A DNA stretch of 64,000 nt from an uncultured Thermoplasmatales archaeon (GTDB lineage Archaea; Thermoplasmatota; E2; UBA202; DSCA01), in the NCBI GenBank assembly GCA_964606745.1, contig CAZSHJ010000001.1, positions 18,091 to 82,090 on the forward strand, given 5' to 3'. This document shows positions 26,539 to 36,004 of the stretch, piece after piece; position 1 is the first letter of the stretch, and every line of letters starts with the position of its first letter. The notes below the pieces were generated by a model that had not been told where the DNA came from, searched no databases, and was given only the letters and a program-made list of their open reading frames with translations. The translations under genes and the position numbers were made by a program.

Positions 26539-27789
26539 ATGGAGAAGTTTGTTATAACAGATGTAAAGGCAAGATGGGTTCTTGATTCAAGGGGTAATCC
26601 GACTGTGGAGGCGGAGGTTTTTGCTGACGACCATACTGTTGTGGGCAAAGCCATTGTTCCTTCAGGCGCATCAAAGGGAAAGAGAGAGGCTGTTGAATTG
26701 AGAGACGGCGGAAAATCATTTCACGGAAAAGGTGTAAACAATGCCGTAAATAATGTTAACAGCATGATCGCTCCTGCGGTAAAAGGCATGGATGTGAGGG
26801 AACAGCAAGCCATCGACAGAAAAATGATTGAAAACGACGGGACTGAAAACAAATCCGCTCTGGGGGCAAATGCGATACTTGCCGTTTCGCTGGCATGTGC
26901 CAGGGCCGCCGCCGCCGCCCTCAAAAAACCGCTTTATAAATATCTTGGGAATGAAAATACGCTACCCGTGCCTTTCATGAATGTTATCAACGGCGGGGAA
27001 CACGCAGGAAATGAGCTTGAGATACAGGAGCACATGATTGCACCAGTTGGAGCTTCGAGCTTCAGGGAGGCAGTGCAGATGTGCTCCGAGGTATACCAAA
27101 CAATGAAAGGTCTGATAAAAAGTCGCTATGGAAAAAACGGCATAAATGTCGGGGATGAAGGAGGGTTTGCCCCCCCATTGAAAAGTTCCGAGGAGGCATT
27201 CGAGCTTATTCTTGATGCAATAGAGGAGAACGGCTATACTGAAAAGATAAAGCTTGCAATGGATTCAGCGGCAACGAGTTTTTATAAAAACGGCTTTTAT
27301 CACATGCAAAAAAAGCTTTCGACTGAGGAGCTTCTGAATTTTTATGAAGAAATAGAGGGAAAATATCCCATTATTCTAATGGAAGATCCCTTTGCTGAGG
27401 ACGACTGGGAAGGATTCGTTGCAATAACTGAAAGGCTGGGGAATAAAGTGCAAATTGTGGGCGACGACATTTTCGTGACGAACAAAAAGTTACTTGAAGA
27501 AGGGATTGAAAGACATGCATGCAACGCTCTCCTCCTGAAGCCAAACCAGATAGGAACGCTGACGGAGAGTATAGAAGTTGCCCGCCACTGCCTCAAAAAC
27601 AATTATGATATCCTGGTCTCCCACCGCTCTGGGGACACATGCGATTCCTTTATTTCTGACCTGACGGTCGCGCTGGGCACGGGACAGATGAAATCAGGGG
27701 CACCGTGCAGGGCGGAACGGACGGAGAAATATAACCGACTGATGCGCATAGAGGATGAACTGGGAGAAAAGGCAGGATACGGAAAATAG
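26539..27789 (+). CDS. eno: enolase (phosphopyruvate hydratase)
   Basis: 416 aa. Full-length match to enolase: conserved SGASKG, DDW, LLLKPNQIGT and the SHRSGDT-like region. Confidence 0.9.
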   Translation: MEKFVITDVKARWVLDSRGNPTVEAEVFADDHTVVGKAIVPSGASKGKREAVELRDGGKSFHGKGVNNAVNNVNSMIAPAVKGMDVREQQAIDRKMIENDGTENKSALGANAILAVSLACARAAAAALKKPLYKYLGNENTLPVPFMNVINGGEHAGNELEIQEHMIAPVGASSFREAVQMCSEVYQTMKGLIKSRYGKNGINVGDEGGFAPPLKSSEEAFELILDAIEENGYTEKIKLAMDSAATSFYKNGFYHMQKKLSTEELLNFYEEIEGKYPIILMEDPFAEDDWEGFVAITERLGNKVQIVGDDIFVTNKKLLEEGIERHACNALLLKPNQIGTLTESIEVARHCLKNNYDILVSHRSGDTCDSFISDLTVALGTGQMKSGAPCRAERTEKYNRLMRIEDELGEKAGYGK

Positions 27790-28028
27790 GAAGGACTTCC
27801 TGATTGATTCCCTTCACAGAATAATGCCTAATGAAAAGTGATAATGCTGAAAGCATTCTCCCTGGATATCTGGCAAATTCTTGAAAAAATCAATGTATGG
27901 TTTACCTCGATATGCAGCAGGAAGTTGATACCCGGGATGCTCAACCCCTAGACCTACCTATTTCGCATTGGCTTAAAAAAAATAGATTGGTTTAAATAAA
28001 TGGAGGGATTTTATAAACTGGGAGAGCC

Positions 28029-28586
28029 ATGGGATACGGTAAAGAAGAATTGCCCAGGGATGGCAAAATCCTGGAAAAAATAATAGAGATACTGATAATT
28101 ATTTTTCTCATATCTTTTTCAGTCCTGCTTGTATCCGTTTTTCGGGCACATCTTAAAGAATATGAATTCTACATACATTTCTTCTATCTGCCCATTGTAA
28201 TTTCGACATTCTGGTGGGGAAAGAAAGGGGTTGCTATATCAGCTTTTCTGGGCGTACTTTTAATTTCAACTGCCATCATATATCCAAGCGATGCAAAAGA
28301 TGTTTTTTCGGCCGTTATAGAAGCAATACTATTTTTCATTGTGTCCCTGCTGGTGAGCATTTCGAGCGACGAAAAGAGCGATGCCCTGAAAAAAGAGATG
28401 CGATTCAAACAGGATACCGCCCACTACTTCTTCAATCCAATTTGCATAGCAGAGGGAAATCTTGACCTTGCAATGAAGAATGTGCCCGAAGACACGAAAG
28501 TACTGTTGGAGAATTCACAAAAAGCGGTGCAGCGAATAAAAAAGGTGGTTGAGAACACAGTAAATACAGGAGAGATTCACGAGTGA
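28029..28586 (+). CDS. membrane protein with four TM helices and a C-terminal HisKA-like helical region, hypothetical
   Basis: 185 aa. Hydrophobic N-terminal half. KQDTAHYFFNPI resembles a histidine-kinase H-box, but there is no ATPase domain. Confidence 0.3.
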   Translation: MGYGKEELPRDGKILEKIIEILIIIFLISFSVLLVSVFRAHLKEYEFYIHFFYLPIVISTFWWGKKGVAISAFLGVLLISTAIIYPSDAKDVFSAVIEAILFFIVSLLVSISSDEKSDALKKEMRFKQDTAHYFFNPICIAEGNLDLAMKNVPEDTKVLLENSQKAVQRIKKVVENTVNTGEIHE

Positions 28587-28713
28587 GTGATATGCCAACG
28601 TTGAGTTTTGAAGCTGAAACATGGTGCCAATAGATTCAAACGATTGATGAACCAGTGAAATCAAAATTACAAACAGATGACTTCCCACCACCGGACAATC
28701 CTTTTACCATTTA

Positions 28714-30390
28714 TTACTTCTGCTGTTTCCGTATTTTAGCCCATGTATCACGCAGCCCAACGGTCCGGTTGAGAACAATCTTATCATCAGTCGTGTCCGG
28801 GTCTATGCAGAAGTAGCCCATGCGCAACAGCTGGAAATGCTCGAACGGCTTCAGGTTTTTCACTGCCGGTTCAACCTTGCATGAAGCCAGCACTTTAAGG
28901 GACTCCTGACTCAGAAAATCCTTGAAGTCCGCGTCCTTCTGCCCCGCCGGGTCCTCAACCGTGAACAACCTATCATAAAGATGGACTTTGGCATCGACAG
29001 TATTCGCAGCGGATACCCAGTGAAGTGTCGTTTTCGCCCTCCGTCCGTCCGGGGCATCACCACCCCTCGTCGCAGGGTCAACGGTACACCTGAGCTCAAC
29101 CACTTTGCCCCCCTCCTTGATGAAATCCGTGCAGGTAACGAAGTATGCATTTTTGAGACGGATCTCACGTCCCGGGGCAAGACGGTAGAATTTTTTCGGC
29201 GGGTTCTCCATGAAGTCTTCCTGCTCGATATACAGTGTGCGGGAGAACGGGATTTTGCGCGTTCCCATACCGGGGTCTTCCGGATTGTTATCAATGACCA
29301 TCTCCTCCACCTCATTCTCGGGATAATTTTCTATGACCATTTTCAGGGGATGAAGAACGCCCATAAACCGCGGGGCTGTTTTGTTCAGTTCCTCTCGCAC
29401 GCAATGCTCCAGATGCTCGATGGGTATCGTACTGTTTGTCTTGGACACCCCGATTTCCCTGCAGAAATTCCTGATGGCGGCAGGCGGGTATCCCCGGCGC
29501 TTCATTCCCCTGATAGTGGGCAGGCGGGGGTCGTCCCACCCGCTGACATACCCTTCTTCCACCAGCTCCCGAAGCATGCGCTTGCTCATAACCGTATAAG
29601 TGAGATTGAGACGGGCGAATTCGATTTGCTGCGGGTGATGGATGCCGAGCTGGTCAAGAAACCAGTCATACAGGGGGCGATGGTTCTCGAACTCCAGAGT
29701 GCAGACGGAATGGGTTATACCTTCTATTGAATCCTCCAGACCGTGGGCCCAGTCGTATGTCGGGTAGATACACCATTTGTCGCCCGTGCGGTGGTGGGAA
29801 GTATGGAGAATCCTATAGATTACAGGGTCGCGCATGTTCATGTTCGGATGAGCCATGTCGATTTTGGCACGAAGTACTCTCTCACCGTTTCCAAATTCCC
29901 CTGCCATCATACGCTCCAAGAGATTAAAGTTCTCCTCAACGGAACGGTTGCGGTATGGACTTTCTCTGCCCGGCTTTGTCAAAGTGCCGCGATACGCCCT
30001 TATATCCCCCGCCGCCATATCATCCACGTAAGCACTGCCTGCCTTCACCAGCTGGACCGCATACTCATACATTTTATCAAAATAGTCTGATGCAAAGAAG
30101 AGGCGGTCCTCCCAGTCGAACCCGAGCCACCTGATGTCCTCGATGACCGATTTCACGTATTTCTCTTCCTCCTTGGCAGGATTGGTGTCGTCAAATCGAA
30201 GGTTGCACTTGCCACCGTACTCCCCGGCAATCCCGAAGTTTAGGCAGATGGATTTGGCATGCCCAATATGCAGGTAACCGTTAGGCTCGGGCGGAAAACG
30301 GGTATGAACCCTGCCACCATACTTATCAGTACATATATCATTATTTATAATGCCCCGGATAAAATCGCTGGATTTTTCGTTGGAAGCCAT
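28714..30390 (-). CDS. glnS: glutaminyl-tRNA synthetase, bacterial type
   Basis: 558 aa, collinear with and highly similar to E. coli GlnRS along its whole length: [51 protein letters not shown] and C-terminal [13 protein letters not shown]. The gene appears GC-richer than its flanks by eye. Confidence 0.9.
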   Translation of the reverse strand: MASNEKSSDFIRGIINNDICTDKYGGRVHTRFPPEPNGYLHIGHAKSICLNFGIAGEYGGKCNLRFDDTNPAKEEEKYVKSVIEDIRWLGFDWEDRLFFASDYFDKMYEYAVQLVKAGSAYVDDMAAGDIRAYRGTLTKPGRESPYRNRSVEENFNLLERMMAGEFGNGERVLRAKIDMAHPNMNMRDPVIYRILHTSHHRTGDKWCIYPTYDWAHGLEDSIEGITHSVCTLEFENHRPLYDWFLDQLGIHHPQQIEFARLNLTYTVMSKRMLRELVEEGYVSGWDDPRLPTIRGMKRRGYPPAAIRNFCREIGVSKTNSTIPIEHLEHCVREELNKTAPRFMGVLHPLKMVIENYPENEVEEMVIDNNPEDPGMGTRKIPFSRTLYIEQEDFMENPPKKFYRLAPGREIRLKNAYFVTCTDFIKEGGKVVELRCTVDPATRGGDAPDGRRAKTTLHWVSAANTVDAKVHLYDRLFTVEDPAGQKDADFKDFLSQESLKVLASCKVEPAVKNLKPFEHFQLLRMGYFCIDPDTTDDKIVLNRTVGLRDTWAKIRKQQK

Positions 30391-30504
30391 GTAATGTCAC
30401 CTATTGCATATTTATCTCCAGCCCCGTTATAAAAGTTATGGGATAAAGTACAGGAAGGTTCATCACCATAGACGCAAAAAAAATCATCAGAAAAATTCAG
30501 CATA

Positions 30505-30843
30505 GTGTTTACTGGACATAATATTAGAATAATTCAAAAATGTAGTATTCATCTGTGGCTTTATTACATTCTTTTATTTGCTAAGGCAAACTTTAAATTA
30601 CATTCATCGGTTCAGTATGGGATTAAATTGAAGTCTAAGTATAAAATTCCCTCAGGCGATGAAATTGTAGAGAGAAGCAAAAAATATAAATTTTTGTTGA
30701 TGGTGGGTATAGCTTTGTGCAATATAGCAATCGTTGGGATTGTGACGGAGCGCTTGGGCGGTATAATCCCCCTAACATACGTATACCTAATGGTTATGAT
30801 TTTGGGTGCACTCATTTTACTTATTGCTCGGAATTACGGATAG
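30505..30843 (+). CDS. small membrane protein, hypothetical (start uncertain)
   Basis: C-terminal half MVGIALCNIAIVGIVTERLGGIIPLTYVYLMVMILGALILLIARNYG forms two TM helices. AT-rich island. Confidence 0.3.
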   Translation: MFTGHNIRIIQKCSIHLWLYYILLFAKANFKLHSSVQYGIKLKSKYKIPSGDEIVERSKKYKFLLMVGIALCNIAIVGIVTERLGGIIPLTYVYLMVMILGALILLIARNYG

Positions 30844-30864
30844 TTTAATATTGATAAACTCAAT

Positions 30865-31293
30865 ATGCTTAGGGAAAAAAATATATACAAACCCTTATGC
30901 AAAAAATGCCCGAATTTGAAGAAAATAGCAAAAGATAAAAACCTATTAAAATATTTAGAATCTAATTTATCAAGGTCAGAAAAACATTCACATTCAGTAT
31001 TAAAGTATAAGATTGCTGGACTTATTCAAGGATGGTGTGTTGGTAACAATAAGGAGACTTATATAAATGCAATAAATTCAGCCGCCCAGTATATCGAAGA
31101 ATTAATTAGAAGCCAGTATATACAAAAGTGGGGAGAGATAGAGAAAAGAACGAAAGAGTTTATTGTAGTAGAAATTATTGCCATAGAGTGCATAAGATAT
31201 TTTCTAGACAAGGATATTCTAACAGGTTTTTCAACATATGAGGAAGATGCCTCTGGATCAAAAATTGAAATGATATGGTATACATTTAAATGA
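30865..31293 (+). CDS. hypothetical protein
   Basis: 142-aa ORF in the AT-rich island, co-directional with its neighbours. No recognisable motif. Confidence 0.35.
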   Translation: MLREKNIYKPLCKKCPNLKKIAKDKNLLKYLESNLSRSEKHSHSVLKYKIAGLIQGWCVGNNKETYINAINSAAQYIEELIRSQYIQKWGEIEKRTKEFIVVEIIAIECIRYFLDKDILTGFSTYEEDASGSKIEMIWYTFK

Positions 31294-31361
31294 TGAAATA
31301 AAAAAGATAGAAAAGTATAAATTAGTGAAACATATTTCAGTATACTGAATAAAAGAATGCG

Positions 31362-31928
31362 GTGGATAATATGAAAAAAAATGTGATGATAGATAAATTT
31401 ACTGAAATCATCGAATCTTTAGTAGAAAGTATCATAAAAAATGAAGAATTATCTATTATTGGCCCATCCCAATTAAAAGATATGTTGGGAATACATTTTA
31501 ACACAGCGAAGGATTTAATCGAAGAGTTTTCTTCCATATATAATTCAATGAATAAATTGAAGGAAAGTGGTATAGAAACAATGACTGTAAAAACCCCCGC
31601 TGGTACCCCTAGGATACTTCTGCTTCCATCCATGGGGAGATTAAAAGAGTTAGAGGAAATAGAGAGAGAATTAGGCATAGAACCTGAGCCAGAAATAATA
31701 GATACTAAAGCAATAAAAAATCTCGCAATAATAGACATGTGGAAGTCCTTTCCCCCATTATCAAGGGGTGTTAACAGTTTGGTTGCTGCTAGTAGATATA
31801 AAAACCCTTATTCAGCTGTAGTTAAAGATATTGAGTTCCCTACGGGGCAGGAAACTATTGATGAACATAAGGCTTTACGTGTAGTCCCTCAAAGTATTTC
31901 AGTTGGCCAAGCTGTGGGGTACTTATAA
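31362..31928 (+). CDS. hypothetical protein
   Basis: 188-aa ORF in the AT-rich island. No recognisable motif. Confidence 0.35.
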   Translation: MDNMKKNVMIDKFTEIIESLVESIIKNEELSIIGPSQLKDMLGIHFNTAKDLIEEFSSIYNSMNKLKESGIETMTVKTPAGTPRILLLPSMGRLKELEEIERELGIEPEPEIIDTKAIKNLAIIDMWKSFPPLSRGVNSLVAASRYKNPYSAVVKDIEFPTGQETIDEHKALRVVPQSISVGQAVGYL

Positions 31929-31962
31929 AGGAAATGTGAGGTAAAATAGGAGGAACGATAGT

Positions 31963-32607
31963 ATGGTACAAAAAAAAGTTTCAGGAAGTAAAAAAGAAAA
32001 AGAACAAATAAAAAAAGACTATAAATGCCTTTTTGAATTGTTTTCTAAAGAGGGAAAGCTGCAGGAATTTTTTTCATTATGCGAAGATCACCTTGGGGGA
32101 GATAATTTAACTCAAATAAAAATTAATGATTTTTTATTGGCTGTAAAATCAACTTATGGTGACGTTATTTTTAGAGCTATTATGAACTTAGTATCAAATA
32201 CTGCAAGTTTTGTTGACGAAATATCAAAAATAACAAAATGTAATTCAAAAAATTCAGATATCCTGAAGAGAATTTATGCTAAGATCGGATATAAAATATA
32301 CAGAAATAAACTTGTTTTTTCAGCGCCTAATAAGCTTTTCAATTTTGAAGTAGGTTATAACGTCGGTCCCGAAGACGCTGTTTACTCACAGAGCACATCT
32401 TTAGTTAATGGCAAAAATTGGATTTGCGAATTTCGCACAGAAGACATGTTAAACTTAATTAATGAATACTTGGGTTTACTATCTCTTTCCCAAAAAACAC
32501 TTAAAAAACTTAAGAGAAAAACAATAGTCGAGAATTCAGATATTGAAAAGATTGATAAAAAATTAAAAGTATTAGCTGACATTATTAAAAAACAAAAGAA
32601 AAAATAG
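31963..32607 (+). CDS. hypothetical lysine-rich protein
   Basis: 214-aa ORF in the AT-rich island, with a very basic C-terminus KKLKVLADIIKKQKKK. Confidence 0.35.
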   Translation: MVQKKVSGSKKEKEQIKKDYKCLFELFSKEGKLQEFFSLCEDHLGGDNLTQIKINDFLLAVKSTYGDVIFRAIMNLVSNTASFVDEISKITKCNSKNSDILKRIYAKIGYKIYRNKLVFSAPNKLFNFEVGYNVGPEDAVYSQSTSLVNGKNWICEFRTEDMLNLINEYLGLLSLSQKTLKKLKRKTIVENSDIEKIDKKLKVLADIIKKQKKK

Positions 32608-32801
32608 AGAGCACTTAAATTAGTTATATTGGGCACTTGCTCATCGCTCACTTTTAATTCAATTGCTGCCTTCCTCTTGCTCCTTCAATCTTTCTATTCA
32701 TAGCATCAATAAACCATTTAACTTCATGAGATTTTTCCCGTGATGACCCATTTAGAGTTTTTAATCCTCACCCCCTATAAAAAAATAATACAAAAAATAT
32801 A

Positions 32802-32873
32802 CAGCCCCGACCAGATTCGAACTGGTGTCAAGGGATCCAGAGTCCCTTATGATAACCACTACACCACGGGGCT
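32802..32873 (-). tRNA. tRNA-Gln (anticodon CUG)
   Basis: Cloverleaf by eye. Acceptor AGCCCCG/CGGGGCT, anticodon stem AGGGA/TCCCT with loop CUCUGGA, T-arm ACCAG-TTCGAAT-CTGGT, discriminator G73. No intron. CCA not encoded. Confidence 0.8.
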
Positions 32874-32898
32874 ATTGACCGTTTATCCCCATTGTATT

Positions 32899-33342
32899 CT
32901 AAATATTTTCGGTTACCGTGGTAAAGCAGGTACATGTCACCGTCCTACCCACTCCCTTTATGCCCCTTAATTGGTCTACGATAAGCTGTCCTATTCCATC
33001 CATGCTTTTTCCCCTCACCTTCAATATCAAATCCCATTCACCTGAAACTATGTATACGTCCGATACGTTTTCCATTTTTGAAATTCTTTTTGCCAGTTGC
33101 CTCTGGGAAACTTCTGGGTTTGGCAAAAAGGAAATAAGGATAAATGCCGTTACGGGCAAGCCGACCTTTTCGTAATCAAGCATTACCGTAAACTTTTTTA
33201 TGATTTGATTGGCAACCATCCTATGAATTCTCTCGCCAACTGTTGTTCTCGGGAGACCGGTTTTCTTCGAAAGTTTCGTTATGGATTGGCTGGCATCCCT
33301 TTTCAGCTCTTTGATAATTATTCTATCCTTGTTATCCATCAT
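32899..33342 (-). CDS. Lrp/AsnC family transcriptional regulator
   Basis: 147 aa. N-terminal HTH (IIKELKRDASQSITKLSKKTGLPRTTVGERIHRM) plus a C-terminal RAM domain. Confidence 0.8.
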   Translation of the reverse strand: MMDNKDRIIIKELKRDASQSITKLSKKTGLPRTTVGERIHRMVANQIIKKFTVMLDYEKVGLPVTAFILISFLPNPEVSQRQLAKRISKMENVSDVYIVSGEWDLILKVRGKSMDGIGQLIVDQLRGIKGVGRTVTCTCFTTVTENI

Positions 33343-33443
33343 GAAAACAAAATGACGGAAAGATATTTAAAATTTGCCTAAATTTCGTTATTTTGCCATA
33401 AAATTTGGCATAATGTTTAAATATATCTGTAAAATGTTTCAAT

Positions 33444-34403
33444 ATGGAATTGGAACTTTCTCAGGAGATGTTGGCTAAAAAAGCTGCCGACGAGTGCTAC
33501 AACAGATTATTTTCCGGCGAACTTACAAATGTGATAAAAATAAAAAGCAGTATAAGAAAGGCAATGGCAGATTTTTTGAGGGGTGAAGGATTTGTTGAAA
33601 TTTCTCCGGTAATACTTTCGCCCATTACCGACCCTCTTCGCCATGAAACACTGAACGGAAAAATTACCTACTATGGTCATTCATATACCCTGACAAAAAG
33701 TATGCTTTTACATAAACAGATGGCTTTGCTTTCATTCGAAAAAATTTTTTCGTTTTCCCCTAATGTAAGACTTGAGACAGCAGAAAAAAAGGAAACGGGA
33801 AAACACCTCTTCGAGTTCACCCAGCTGGATTTGGAGATGAGGCATGCATCGCGTGAGGAAGTAATGGAACTGGCCGAAAGGCTGCTGGTTCATGTATTCC
33901 GGAATATTAAAAAAACCTGCAGGGAAGAATTATCAAAGCTTGGAAGAGAGTTGAGAGTGCCATCCAGACCGTTTAAGAGAATACAGTTTGGGCAGGCATA
34001 TAAAATATATGGAAAAGAGTTCGAAGCAACCCTATCAAATGGAGCGAAGGAGCCGTTCTGGATTGTTGATTTTCCGATACAGGAAAGAGAGTTTTATGAT
34101 AAGGAGTCCGAACACAGACCCGGGATTCTGAAAGATATGGACATGATATATCCTGAAGGATATGGAGAAGGACTTTCCGGTGGCGAGAGGGAATATGAGT
34201 ATGGCAAAGTTAAGGATAGGATAGAAGCAAATGAAGTGGATTTCTCTGTCTATTTGCCATATCTCGAAATCGTGAAAAGAGGAATACACCCTTCTGCAGG
34301 ATTTGGCATCGGGCTTGAGAGACTTGTGAGATTCATATGCAGACTGGAGGATTTGAGGGAAGCAACGCTTTTCCCCAAGATTCCCGGGGAATATTGTATA
34401 TGA
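33444..34403 (+). CDS. AsnRS-like class II core protein (archaeal asparagine synthetase A type, no anticodon-binding domain)
   Basis: 319 aa. Class II aaRS motif-2-like FEFTQLDLEM and motif-3-like GFGIGLERLVRF. Lacks the N-terminal OB domain. Confidence 0.6.
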   Translation: MELELSQEMLAKKAADECYNRLFSGELTNVIKIKSSIRKAMADFLRGEGFVEISPVILSPITDPLRHETLNGKITYYGHSYTLTKSMLLHKQMALLSFEKIFSFSPNVRLETAEKKETGKHLFEFTQLDLEMRHASREEVMELAERLLVHVFRNIKKTCREELSKLGRELRVPSRPFKRIQFGQAYKIYGKEFEATLSNGAKEPFWIVDFPIQEREFYDKESEHRPGILKDMDMIYPEGYGEGLSGGEREYEYGKVKDRIEANEVDFSVYLPYLEIVKRGIHPSAGFGIGLERLVRFICRLEDLREATLFPKIPGEYCI

Positions 34404-34422
34404 TAAATCTCCAGCACATATC

Positions 34423-35304
34423 TTATCTTTTGATAATGATTATGATAAAATATAGAGAGGTTGCTATTAAGGCCGCCACCGCCCCGGGCGAAACGGGGAA
34501 AAAGAACGAAACCAGTATGCCCATCAGCCCGCCGAGAAGGGCAAAAATGAATGATATGAACAGTATACGAGTAATACCGCCTGCGACTTCGTTTGCCGCT
34601 GCGGCTGGGGCCACCAGCATGGCAAAGACAAGTATGGCACCCACTCCCTTGAGTATGACAACGACAGATACCGCTATCAATAGCAATATTAGATAATTGA
34701 AACGCTGGGCTTTTATCCCGTAGGCCATGGCCCCCTCCATGTCAAACGACACGAACAGGAATTCCCGGTAGAATACGACGGCGAAGATGATTACCACGAT
34801 AGTTATCACGGCCATCAAGGCAATATCCTGGTTTGTCAGGAGAAGCAAATCGCCGAACAGAAGCCCCCAGACTCTTGCAGCCTGTTCCCTTATGAGCGAG
34901 ATGAAAAGAACGGCAAGCGACATCGACATGGCAAAGGATATCCCTATCGCCGTGTTCACCTGTTCCTTATTTCCTTTCCGTGATGCATAACCTGCAGCAA
35001 GAGCGGTCAGGGCCGCAAATATGATGCCTCCGATAATGGGATTGAAAGACAGTATGCCGTATACTTCCAGGATTATGGCAAAGGCTGCACCTGCCAATGC
35101 GGCGTGGGCGGCGCCTGCCACCAGGAAGGAAACATCTTTGAATACCGTGAAAGAACCAGCTATGGCAGCATTGACGGCAAGAAGGAATATTGCTATGATT
35201 GCCCTGATGATATAAGGGCTCAAAGAGATTGCATCAACCATGGGTATCACCAAGCAGCGGGTGACAATAACCTTCTTCACATTCGACAATTTGGATTGAA
35301 GCAC
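34423..35304 (-). CDS. metal (Zn/Mn) ABC transporter permease, ABC-3 family
   Basis: 293 aa, 8-9 TM helices. Typical ZnuB/TroD topology and glycine-rich helices. Confidence 0.8.
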   Translation of the reverse strand: MLQSKLSNVKKVIVTRCLVIPMVDAISLSPYIIRAIIAIFLLAVNAAIAGSFTVFKDVSFLVAGAAHAALAGAAFAIILEVYGILSFNPIIGGIIFAALTALAAGYASRKGNKEQVNTAIGISFAMSMSLAVLFISLIREQAARVWGLLFGDLLLLTNQDIALMAVITIVVIIFAVVFYREFLFVSFDMEGAMAYGIKAQRFNYLILLLIAVSVVVILKGVGAILVFAMLVAPAAAANEVAGGITRILFISFIFALLGGLMGILVSFFFPVSPGAVAALIATSLYFIIIIIKR

Positions 35305-36004
35305 CGTACGCCTCCATTAAATTTTCTGTTGTAAGAACTTCTTTCGGGGTACCAAAAGCAATTGCCTTTTTATTCAAAAGCAGCACTTTGTCTATGTAAT
35401 GTACGATGGGATTTATATTGTGGACGACTATAATGGTGGTCATCTTCCTGCTGCCCAGGGACTCCAGGATTTTATTCCTGCTAGGTATGTCAACGCCGTT
35501 GAATGGCTCGTCAAGAATCAGGATTTCAGGCCGGACGGCAAGCGCCCTTGCAAACATGACACGCTGCTGCTGCCCCCCGCTCAACTCGCTGAATTTCTTG
35601 TTCCACAGGTGAAGAAGATCAACGCTTTCCAGTGATTCCTTTGCAACGGATATGTCTTTTCCGCCCAAAAAATCCAGTCTCTTTTTTTTGGCTGTCAGTC
35701 CCATCAATACAACATCCTTCACCTCTATGGGAATTTTTTTTGCTATGCTTTCTCTCTGGGGCATGTATCCGATGCGCTGCTGCACTCTTTCCTTTTCCAG
35801 AACTGGACCCATTCCGAAAATTTTTACGGTGCCCTTTTTAGGGTTAAGCAAACCCAGTATGATCTTCATGAGGGTGCTTTTGCCGGAAGCATTGGGCCCC
35901 ATCACCGCCACAAACTCACCCTCCTCTGCATTGAAAGTCACACCCGCCAAGGCCTCCCCCGTACCATAGGAAAAATATATCCCATTTGCTTCTATCACGC
36001 TCAT
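35234..36004 (-). CDS. metal ABC transporter ATP-binding protein
   Basis: Walker A GPNASGKST, signature LSGGQQQRV, Walker B ILILDEP. Confidence 0.85.
   Translation of the reverse strand: MSVIEANGIYFSYGTGEALAGVTFNAEEGEFVAVMGPNASGKSTLMKIILGLLNPKKGTVKIFGMGPVLEKERVQQRIGYMPQRESIAKKIPIEVKDVVLMGLTAKKKRLDFLGGKDISVAKESLESVDLLHLWNKKFSELSGGQQQRVMFARALAVRPEILILDEPFNGVDIPSRNKILESLGSRKMTTIIVVHNINPIVHYIDKVLLLNKKAIAFGTPKEVLTTENLMEAYGASIQIVECEEGYCHPLLGDTHG

Noticed and set aside
28981-29730. 249-aa plus-strand ORF inside glnS, with other overlapping ORFs at 28911-30090
   Set aside because: Antisense to the highly conserved GlnRS gene. Arg/Pro-rich shadow frames from GC-rich coding sequence.
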